Shown one piece after another: positions 48,243-56,735 of a stretch of DNA of 64,000 bases. The number at the start of each line of letters is the position of its first letter. Position 1 is the stretch's first letter. Source of the DNA: an uncultured Phaeodactylibacter sp. (lineage in GTDB: Bacteria > Bacteroidota > Bacteroidia > Chitinophagales > Saprospiraceae); assembly GCA_913057245.1 (NCBI GenBank), contig CAJXNH010000020.1, positions 1 through 64,000 on the forward strand, in the 5' to 3' direction. The notes beneath the pieces were generated by a model. It saw only the letters and a list, made by a program, of their open reading frames with translations, searched no databases and was not told the origin of the DNA. Made by a program: the position numbers and the translations under genes.

Positions 48243-49922
48243 TTATTCTTCTTCGTTTCGGATCATCTGAGTATATTGCTTCGGGGTAAGCCCGGTCTGA
48301 TCCTTGAAGGCTCGGTAAAAAGTGGCGGTAGAATTAAATCCGGATAATCTTCCAATTTCATCGAAGGAAAAAGAGTGGTTCTTCTGCAATTCAATCTTGG
48401 CACGTTCTACTCTAAACCGGTTGAGGAATGCAGAGAAGTTCATCTGAGTGTAGTAGCTAATGGTTTTGGATATGTAGGTACGGTTGGAGTTGCAAATTTT
48501 AGCCAGGTCACTGATGCGGAAATCGGGTTGAAGGTAGCATTCCTCTTTTTCAATAATGCTTACGATTTGCCTCCACAGCTCATAATGGTGGGTAAATGGT
48601 ATGGTGTTTTCATCTTCCTCGATGGGCGTTGATATGTCAGGTTGGTTCCACTCTGCTGTTGGTGATTGGACATGATAACCTGACTTGGGCTTTAGCAGAG
48701 CTTCGAACTGACGCTGGGTTTCTTTTTCTTTAAGAAATAGCACCCTATAGCTTACTTGTAGCCTCCTGTGATTTTTTATCAGCATAACGACTGCTACTCC
48801 GAGGATAAAAATGAAAGCAAGGGAAAGCGTCAGTATGTTTCGCTGTGAACGCAGCCTGACCTGTTGGTTATTAATGATTTGGGCATTCTCTTTTGTTTCG
48901 TGGATGATTTGCAGCTCACTGACAATTCGGCTGGTGTTTTCATCGTATATGGAATCAAGGAAGTGTTCGTACTCCCAAAGTTCTTTCTCAAAAGTAGCAG
49001 CATCTTCGAGCTCTGCCATCGCAATCAAATGATAAATCCATTTTCCCTGCTGGGTTCGGTTATTAGAGGGAGAGAGCGTATCGAGCCTTGCTCTTGCAGC
49101 CTCAAACTCACCTCTTGCAATCTCTAACTTGGCTTTAAAAACCTGAAGCCCTTCATTCAGATAGTAATACCCTTTTTCTTCAATCAGGCGGGTCGCTTTT
49201 TCCAGGTAGTATTTTGACTTCTCCTCCTCTCCGGCTTCATGATGAAAAGCCGCCAGATGTATGCATACATTGGTATACTCGTAAGTGTTGCCCGCTTGCT
49301 CATAAAGTTGTAGGGACCGCGTAAGCTTTGTTTCAGCCTTATAATCTTTAAGTTCCTCGTCAATAGTAGCTTCATTGTGCAAAACTAATGCCAGCCCTTC
49401 TGTGTTCCCGGCATCTTCAAATTTGCTCCTTGCTGATTCAAGGTAGGATCTGGCTTCGCTGAATTTGCGCTGATGAATAAGAAGCAAACCAATGTTTAAT
49501 TCAGATTGGGCTATGCCATTTTGATTGCCGATGCTTTTTTCCAGTTCTAAAGAAGCAAGATAGGCCGCTAAGCCTTCTTCATAACGGTCTGTCATGTCAT
49601 AGACGATCCCCAGGTTATTGAGTAACTTCCCTTTGAATAAAGGTGACTGCTCCGCATAACCAGATTCCAGCGCTTTCAGGTATGCATTTCCGCTTAGATA
49701 GTAGTTGCCGTTAAAGTAATGAGCGATGCCCATGTAGTAATGCGCCTGAGCCAGAATGGAATCTTCTGCCGCCGGGGCTTCCTCCACTATTGTGCTCAGT
49801 ATCTGTAGCGCAGAGTCAGGTTGCCCTGGCAGCAACGCCTTTACAGAATCAAGTCCGTTCTGTGCCGTAACGGATGAGGCATATAATAATGATGCTAACA
49901 GAAATGTTAGTAATCGATTCAT
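48243..49922 (-). CDS. TPR-repeat, single-TM, AraC-type HTH transcriptional regulator (one-component)
   Basis: 559 aa with a signal peptide and periplasmic TPR-like repeats. The TM helix reads ILTLSLAFIFILGVAVVMLI. The C-terminal AraC/XylS HTH reads ...ISDLAKICNSNRTYISKTI...ERAKIELQKNHSFSFDEIGRLSGFNSTATFYRAFKDQTGLTPKQY. Confidence 0.8.
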   Translation of the reverse strand: MNRLLTFLLASLLYASSVTAQNGLDSVKALLPGQPDSALQILSTIVEEAPAAEDSILAQAHYYMGIAHYFNGNYYLSGNAYLKALESGYAEQSPLFKGKLLNNLGIVYDMTDRYEEGLAAYLASLELEKSIGNQNGIAQSELNIGLLLIHQRKFSEARSYLESARSKFEDAGNTEGLALVLHNEATIDEELKDYKAETKLTRSLQLYEQAGNTYEYTNVCIHLAAFHHEAGEEEKSKYYLEKATRLIEEKGYYYLNEGLQVFKAKLEIARGEFEAARARLDTLSPSNNRTQQGKWIYHLIAMAELEDAATFEKELWEYEHFLDSIYDENTSRIVSELQIIHETKENAQIINNQQVRLRSQRNILTLSLAFIFILGVAVVMLIKNHRRLQVSYRVLFLKEKETQRQFEALLKPKSGYHVQSPTAEWNQPDISTPIEEDENTIPFTHHYELWRQIVSIIEKEECYLQPDFRISDLAKICNSNRTYISKTISYYTQMNFSAFLNRFRVERAKIELQKNHSFSFDEIGRLSGFNSTATFYRAFKDQTGLTPKQYTQMIRNEEE

Positions 49923-50470
49923 TTGTACTATCCCCCGATACGGGGGTGAAATAAATTTGAGAAGGTAAATAGAGGTGCTATGTTAGCATCTCTAATGAAA
50001 ATACTTTTATTTGCTGAGCCCTCAGCTTTGCTTTTACTTCAACGAGTGCGCAATATAGTAAAGAATTGCCTCACCCGCTGTTTGAAGGGGTGCCGGGCTA
50101 CATTTAATGATTGATTTTTGACTTTTTCTTTTTGAACACTACGGCGTTAAAATGCTCACCCTAGTGGCTCAAGTCATAGATCTCTGATACTTAAGTTGAA
50201 GTTATTTTTCGGCTAATCAAGGCGAAGGTTCGCGACTTTAGCCCGAGCTAAAGGAACGGATCTGGCGCTGGCTTAGGCTATACCGGTGCTTTTTGCCTTG
50301 CAGGGCACAAAAATAAAGTCCTCAAAATTTCACCTCTCGTGATCGAGGGGAGTATGGTTTGAAAATACAGGAAATACAATAAAGCCAAGAGCATGATAAG
50401 CTATCGAAAAATATGTAAAGGCATGCATATTTTCAGAAAACGGCAGGTTCTCATCAAGGAAGCGTTAGGA

Positions 50471-50512
50471 GCAAAAAATCCCGAATACCAGCCTTGGCCA
50501 GCATTCGGGATT
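50471..50512 (-). terminator. Rho-independent terminator downstream of the M43 protease gene
   Basis: AATCCCGAAT (50477-50486) pairs with ATTCGGGATT (50503-50512). It is followed on the minus strand by a T-run (plus-strand gcaaaaaa at 50471-50478). Confidence 0.6.
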
Positions 50513-50552
50513 GATGAAGAATTTTTGTTAAAGGCTTATTAGCCTGTTTAGT

Positions 50553-53411
50553 TTACCGCACTACCACAAAGCGGCGGACGATATGCTCCTGATTAGCGCT
50601 CAGGTGCAGGAAGTAAACGCCGGGGGCGAGTGTGGACGCGTCCATCTCATGTACGGAGGTGCCCACTTGTCCCAGCCATTGCTGCTGACTGATCACCCGT
50701 CCGTCTGTGCCGGTCACCATCACTTGTACCGGGCCTGCTTCAGGCAGGGTGAAGGAAAGCTTGAGGTCGCCGTTGGTCGGGTTCGGGAAGAGGTTGATGT
50801 CAGCAATTTGCGGTGCAGCTTGTGCCTGTGGGCCACGGAAGGTGCTTTGCTCAACCGATGGTTTCACATAGTCAGCGGTAAGTACAGGATTAGCCGTACG
50901 GGCACCGCTTTGGCAACCGCTGATCACGATGTCATCCAGGTATACCCAATCGGAATTACCGGAGGCGTCACAACGGAAACGCAGGCGGGTGTTAGTGGTG
51001 AACGGACCCGGGATAACCACAGCATCGAAGTAGCGCTGATTGTTTTGGAATTCATCGCCCTGATTCCACTCTTCGACGGTGGTGTAGGTGCTGCCGCCAT
51101 TGGTAGATATCTGTAGCCAGAAGTCTTCGTTAGCGTTGTCCATACTGACCGGGAAGTAGCTGAAATCGACTGTGAGTTCGCTGTAAGCGGTCAGATCCAG
51201 GTTATCTGTGGTGAGCACGGAGGTACTGGAGTTGTCCCTCAGTGCCAGGCTAACAAACCCGGTATTGGGGTTGCTGTTGCTGCGGTAGCAATCGCTGCCG
51301 CCATCATTCCAGATACCAAAACCTGACTCAAAGCCTTCGCTGTTGAGCGTGAGGTAGGTGCAACCGCCACCGCCTCCGCATGGTGCACAGCTGGAACCGC
51401 CGCAGTCCACGCCAGTCTCATCACCGTTCTGGATGCCATCATTGCAGGTTGGGGCCGTACCGCCATCGCCTGCGCAGAAGTTGGTGCTTTCTGAAGACGC
51501 AAATGCACCACCGGATGCCAGGGTGTTGCCCAGTTCATCGCTCAGGCTGTAAGAACCAGTGCCATAAGCACAGCAAATACCATCCCCAAAGGAATCGAAA
51601 ATAGTGAATACATAGTCACCACCCGAGAGGCTAAAGGTTTCAGTAACGTTAGAGCCATTGGGCTGTGTGCCGTAAGGGCCACCCGAAGCTACGGTAGTGC
51701 CGCCATCGGTTACGGTCCATGTGGTCTCACCGGGATAGTTGTCGAGTACGATGGTCAGAGTAAAGTTATTGCCATTGCTGCAGGAGGTATTACAAGGCGC
51801 GCAGTCCGGGCCACCGCAATCCACGCCAGTTTCACTGCCGTTTTGAATACCATCGTTGCAAGTCGGGCAGGCGGCACAGTCCGGGCCACCGCAATCCACA
51901 CCGGTTTCGCTACCGTTCTGAATGCCGTCATTACAGGTTGGGCAAGCCGGGCAGTTGGTGCCGCCGCAGTCTACGCCGGTCTCGTCACCGTTCTGGATGC
52001 CATCGTTACAAGTTGGAGCAGCGCCGACCGTACAGAAGCTGGCGCTTTCGCTGGAGCCGAAGCTGCCGCCCGATGCAATCACCGCACCGGTACCATCGGT
52101 AAGGCTATAGGAACCATTGCCATACGCACAGCAAATGCCGTCCCCGAAGCTGTCATTAATGGTAAAGGTATAGTCTCCTGTACCCAGGCTGATGTTCTCG
52201 GTAACGGCAGAGCCGTTGGCTTGACCGCCGTAGGTGCCACCTGAAGCTACCGTAGCACCACCGGCATCGGTGACGGTCCAGGAAGTTTCCGCAGGATAGT
52301 TATCGAGCGTGATGGTCAGGGTCAGGTTGGGGTCATTACAGGGACAGGGAGCGCAGCTGGAACCGCCGCAGTCCACGCCGGTCTCGTCACCGTTTTGGAT
52401 GCCATCATTGCAGGTAGGCGTTACGGGGGTGCCGCAGGCGGTAGAGTTCAGCAGGCTGGCACGGGCGCCACCGGGCTCAAACAAAGCCCGCATACGGGCA
52501 GTCTGGCCTTGCGTGAAGAGGTTCATACAGCCATCATCGGAGTAGTCCATGTAGTTTTGGAACATGTCAGGAAGATCACCGGTACCTCCATTACAGGAGT
52601 CGCTACCGGGGAAATTACAAGGTGAACCCGTGTAGTTTGGCCCGCCAGCCCGTGGCGTATCACTGACGAAGTCGTCGGCGTTGCAGTTGCCATCCCCCCA
52701 GATGTGGCGAAGATTGAGGTAGTGCCCCACCTCGTGCGTACCGGTCCGGCCCTTATCGAAAGGAGCGGTAGCGGTGCCAATATCCCCAAAGTATTGGTAA
52801 TCAACAACCACTCCATCGGTACTGGCAGGGCCACCGGGGAACTGTGCGTAACCCAGAATGCCGCCGCTGATATCACAAACCCAAAAGTTCATGTAGTCAC
52901 TTGCCGGCCAGGCGTCTTTCCCACCACTGGAGTTAAACTTCACCTCATCATTAGTGCCGAAAGCAGTGACACTGGTTGGGGTGCGCGTAATGCCATCGGT
53001 TGGGTTTCCCTGCGGGTCAACGGTAGCCAGGCAAAACTCAATTTCTACATCGGCTGCGACGCCCTGAAATACAGAAGGCGTGTTGACCGCATCCGCATTC
53101 AGGCGGCGGAAGTCTTCATTCAGAATATCAATCTGGCTTTGCACCTGAGCCGCACTGATATTCTCCGTGGCGTTATTGTACACCACATGCACCACCACGG
53201 GGATGGTAATGGTGCCTGTCACCGAGCGTGAAGCACTTTCCAGGACGCGGGCAGTGTGCCTCTCGATTTCTTTTTGCCGTTGTTCGCGTTCCGGGTGCAT
53301 TTCATGCTGATGCTCCAGGTAGTCCATGCTACCACAATTGCGCTGCGCCCATAGGTTACCCGTCAGGCCTAACAGCAAGAGTATCAAAAGGGTGTTCAAG
53401 TTTTTTTTCAT
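50553..53411 (-). CDS. T9SS-secreted M43-family (pappalysin/ulilysin-like metzincin) zinc metalloprotease with Cys-rich tandem motifs and beta-sandwich modules
   Basis: 952 aa with a signal peptide plus propeptide. The catalytic motif [11 protein letters not shown] has the spacing of the M43 HEXXHXXGXXH motif (ulilysin HEVGHWLGLYH). It carries five tandem Cys-rich motifs TCNDGIQNG(D/S)[11 protein letters not shown] and two DNYP.ET.WT...GDGICCAYG modules (about 95% identical to those in the 2118-aa protein). A C-terminal beta-sandwich and T9SS CTD read ...[16 protein letters not shown]...[22 protein letters not shown]. Confidence 0.85.
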   Translation of the reverse strand: MKKNLNTLLILLLLGLTGNLWAQRNCGSMDYLEHQHEMHPEREQRQKEIERHTARVLESASRSVTGTITIPVVVHVVYNNATENISAAQVQSQIDILNEDFRRLNADAVNTPSVFQGVAADVEIEFCLATVDPQGNPTDGITRTPTSVTAFGTNDEVKFNSSGGKDAWPASDYMNFWVCDISGGILGYAQFPGGPASTDGVVVDYQYFGDIGTATAPFDKGRTGTHEVGHYLNLRHIWGDGNCNADDFVSDTPRAGGPNYTGSPCNFPGSDSCNGGTGDLPDMFQNYMDYSDDGCMNLFTQGQTARMRALFEPGGARASLLNSTACGTPVTPTCNDGIQNGDETGVDCGGSSCAPCPCNDPNLTLTITLDNYPAETSWTVTDAGGATVASGGTYGGQANGSAVTENISLGTGDYTFTINDSFGDGICCAYGNGSYSLTDGTGAVIASGGSFGSSESASFCTVGAAPTCNDGIQNGDETGVDCGGTNCPACPTCNDGIQNGSETGVDCGGPDCAACPTCNDGIQNGSETGVDCGGPDCAPCNTSCSNGNNFTLTIVLDNYPGETTWTVTDGGTTVASGGPYGTQPNGSNVTETFSLSGGDYVFTIFDSFGDGICCAYGTGSYSLSDELGNTLASGGAFASSESTNFCAGDGGTAPTCNDGIQNGDETGVDCGGSSCAPCGGGGGCTYLTLNSEGFESGFGIWNDGGSDCYRSNSNPNTGFVSLALRDNSSTSVLTTDNLDLTAYSELTVDFSYFPVSMDNANEDFWLQISTNGGSTYTTVEEWNQGDEFQNNQRYFDAVVIPGPFTTNTRLRFRCDASGNSDWVYLDDIVISGCQSGARTANPVLTADYVKPSVEQSTFRGPQAQAAPQIADINLFPNPTNGDLKLSFTLPEAGPVQVMVTGTDGRVISQQQWLGQVGTSVHEMDASTLAPGVYFLHLSANQEHIVRRFVVVR

Positions 53412-53890
53412 ACTATTGCAAGTGTTTTGGTAATGAGAACAAGGAATCGGTCACAACGATGTTGTGTAATTTTTTACCGGGGTGAGTGCTGTCTAGCCTG
53501 AAATAAATATTATGATGGGGTGGATAAGCTAATGAATTATTTGGTTATGATTTTGAATCTTTTGAAAAATATTTTGAATTAAATCCTGTTAGTAGGTAGG
53601 ATTTTGGTGTGGTTGTAACGCGGATTGGACTGATAATGTGGATGTAAACGGCTTACGAGAAGGCCTTTGCAGCGGGCAGGAGGGATATCAGGATATACTT
53701 TTCGGCACAGCAGGATGGAGAGGTGGGCATAAACAGCGACCGCATGGTAATCAAGGGGCTTCCAATCCAAACCGTTTCACCTCCCGCTGAATAGTAGCGC
53801 TGCGTCTAAAGCTAAAGGGGCAAATGCCAGCCGTCACAGCTCTGCAGCATAGCAAAGCCGTGACGGTCGGACAAATCCAGGCTCTCTTAT

Positions 53891-53940
53891 TAGATTTTAT
53901 TAACTGATCTTTCGCATGCGAAAGATCAGTTAATAAAATC
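53891..53940. repeat. perfect 50-bp palindrome (inverted repeat with no spacer)
   Basis: AGATTTTATTAACTGATCTTTCGCA|TGCGAAAGATCAGTTAATAAAATCT equals its own reverse complement over all 50 nt. It abuts or overlaps the stop codon of the minus-strand gene ending at ~53939. Confidence 0.9.
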
Positions 53941-55931
53941 TATTTTACTTTCATGACCCGGAGCAAGAGCGGCGCTTTGCCCGGTTGCCGTATTTCAAGC
54001 AGGTAGAGCCCACCGGGCAGGTTACCGACGGCCCATTGTGTGATGGTATCTCCGGGCATGAGCTGTCTTTGGGCAACGGGCTGTCCCAGCGGGTTGCGCA
54101 GGACAGCAGTAGCTGTATTGCCTCCGTCATTGTGGTATTTCAGGCTGAAAGCATCCTGTGCCGGATTAGGGAAAATGCTTGCCCGTATCCCATCGTGCTC
54201 GCTGGCTTCAGTCCCGGCATGAACAGCCAACAGGTTATTGGCGCCGATATTGGACCTTGTTGCGACCTGGGCGAAGGTAGCCTCTGCCTGGCCGTTGGGG
54301 TCAGTAGTAAAGACCGCCAGCCCCATTTCCACACACGCTTTCATGGGGATGTAAGCCTGGTGCAAAAGCACCCAGCTGCCTGCATCTGAATTCCAGTAAA
54401 AGGCCCGGATGTAGTCGCCCTTCCGGCGCAGTCGCAGCCAGAAGGGGAAGCTGGCATAAAGGCTGCCGCTGCTGCGTGGGCCGTTTTCAACAGTACGGGT
54501 CTCCCGGCGCAGGAGGTTGGTGAGATTGGAGTAAATCGCGATCATTTTTGCGCCCGGCGCATTGTTCTCCCGGATCATAAGGCCCGCGTAGCCACCTGTT
54601 ACACTTTCAATGCGTGCCTGTATACCGCCATCGTTGCACAGTTCCTGGCTAATGAAGCCCAGGTTGTCAGCGTTGGCAGGGATAAGGTTATAGCCGCCGG
54701 TCATAATAGTGAAATCTCCACCATTGGGATTATCGGTGGCACAAGGGTCATAGCTGTAGTCGCTGCCGCTGCCCTGGCTCCCGATATCTGTTGGCTGCCA
54801 GTTGCCGGGGAGGCTGCCCCCTGAGGCGACGGTAATATTAGCTGTGCACTCTGAGGTGTTGTTGTTAGCATCAGTTACCACCACTGGTACAGGGAAGGTA
54901 AGCCCTACTTCGTCGCAGGTGAAGGTAGCGGGGGAGAATTCTGCACTTGCGATGCTGCAGTTATCCGTGCTTTGTGCGCTGTCGAAGACATCTTCCAGCT
55001 GCAACTGGTATTGCCCTTCTGAGCCGATATCCACCGATGAGTCCAGGCAAAGTGCAACCGGGGCAGTGTCGTCCTGTACAGTCACATTAAAGGTACATTC
55101 ATCCTGATTGCCATTGTCATCACTGATGGTATAGGCAACGGTATGCCCGCCAACTGCCAGCGTAGTGCTGAAGAGGGCGCTTTCCGTTACTTCCTGTGGC
55201 GTGCCGTCATCAATGGCAATAGTCAGGGTAATGGGTGAACAGGCCCCGTTGGCTTCGGCCGGGTTATTCCAGGATACTTCCGCCGCGCATTGGCCATTGC
55301 CGCTATCGCTTGTGTTTTTGGTGATTGGGCCGGGGCATGAAATGGCCGGCTCTGGCAGTACGCCCAGCTCAAAGGTAGCACTATTGGTACAGGGGCCTGG
55401 AGTGGTATAGGTTATAGTATAGTTCCCTGGCTGTGAGGCAGCAATATCAATTTCACCGGTTGCAGGATTGATGCTCAGCCCAACTGGAGATACGGAGAAG
55501 GTACCGCCGCTGATGCCGGTGATTTCCGGGGTGGGGCTGTCGGCGTTGGCGCAGTAGGCTGCTTGCCCGTAGCTGAAGGCAGAATCATCTAAGGCATTGA
55601 TAGTGACAGAGACATTCGAAGGTCGCAGTTGTAATTTGTCCCCGCAACGTGAAAATTTAAAGTATTGAATAACAGTGTTTAACAAATTGTGTTCATGTTT
55701 ATGTTTTTGAAAAAGCACACTTTTTTGAAAGATTAATCAGTTAGAATTCTAAGTGTAGAAACCTAAAAAATATAAAGATCAAGTAATCAATAGATTAAGT
55801 ATGTATTTTCATTCTAATTAGGGGGCAAATTACAACTGCGCCCTTGCTGAGCTATCCTGACTGAAAGCTCCTAATGAAGAAATTAATGTTAGCGCTGCAA
55901 ATAGCAGCTGTCGAAACCACCAATATTTCAT
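53939..55931 (-). pseudogene. T9SS cargo gene (HYR domains, conserved pre-CTD module, CTD) interrupted after its signal peptide by a ~217-bp TIR-flanked insertion
   Basis: The body ORF (track 53940..55718, 592 aa, GTG start, no signal peptide) is preceded by the insertion. Upstream of the insertion a short minus-strand ORF from ATG 55931 encodes MKYWWFRQLLFAALTLISSLGAFSQDSSARAQL*, a textbook signal peptide whose stop lies inside the right TIR. Conceptual removal of 55624-55840 joins ...SQDSSARA to RPSNVSVTINALDD... in frame. The body carries HYR-like repeats and a module about 65% identical to the pre-CTD module of the 1031/2118-aa proteins, plus a T9SS CTD. Confidence 0.6.
55624..55840. mobile_element. 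MITE-like insertion: ~217-bp AT-rich element bounded by ~20-bp terminal inverted repeats
   Basis: CGCAGTTGTAATTTGTCCCC at 55624-55643 versus GGGGGCAAATTACAACTGCG at 55821-55840. These are reverse complements apart from a 1-nt indel. The interior is AT-rich and has no ORF. The element splits the signal peptide from the body of a T9SS gene. Confidence 0.5.
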
Positions 55932-56228
55932 GTGATTTATGATTGAAAAGGCAATTATCCCAACCAAAACAAGACAAAGAAAAGTTTTTGTCCCCTCCTT
56001 TTTACCTTCTGATTTCAGGCTTTAAATATCTTCTTCTTCACAGGTCAATCCCAGGTTTTATGCCACTTTGATACGGATGGGAGGGATACGGGGTGAATGG
56101 GCATAGCGATTTATTCCGGATTGCGGTGGGCTACAAACAGCTGGCATTGATTAAACTAATAGACTTGTTAAAGGAAAGCAAACCTCCGCAACCATTTACC
56201 GGGATTCAATACCTTTACCGCAAAAAGT

Positions 56229-56735
56229 ATGCGCCAATTATTGCTGGGCTTAGCCGCCCTGACGTTATTTTCCGCCTCCGGGTGCTATTCCTTTAAGGGG
56301 ATAAGTATTGACTATTCGCAGGTGAAGACCTACTTCGTGGAACAATTTGACATTACCGCACTCAACGCGGAGCCTACGATTGCCATACGCCTGACGGAAG
56401 ACCTGAAAGAAAAAATCCGGACCGAATCCCGCCTGACACTGGAGGAAATCGACCCGGATATCTCTTTTGAAGGCACCGTTACGCGCTATACGGTGACATC
56501 TGAAGCCCCACAGCCCGGGGAGGTAACGAGTATCAACCGATTGACCATAGAAGTAGCGGTGCAGTACATCAATAATGTCAATGAAGAGAAAAGCTGGGAA
56601 CGCAAGCGCCCCTTCTCCTTTTTCTTTGACTTCGGCACTTCCCAGGCCCTGGCAGATGTGGAGGAAGAAGCCATCAGCACCATCAGTCAGCAGATGATGG
56701 AGGATATTTTCAACACTGCCTTTACGGACTGGTAG
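56229..56735 (+). CDS. lipoprotein, possibly LptE-like (LPS assembly)
   Basis: 168 aa with a lipobox (LFSASG-CYSFKGISI). This resembles the C-x-YSF-x-G N-terminus of Bacteroidota LptE-family lipoproteins. The assignment is tentative. Confidence 0.4.
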   Translation: MRQLLLGLAALTLFSASGCYSFKGISIDYSQVKTYFVEQFDITALNAEPTIAIRLTEDLKEKIRTESRLTLEEIDPDISFEGTVTRYTVTSEAPQPGEVTSINRLTIEVAVQYINNVNEEKSWERKRPFSFFFDFGTSQALADVEEEAISTISQQMMEDIFNTAFTDW

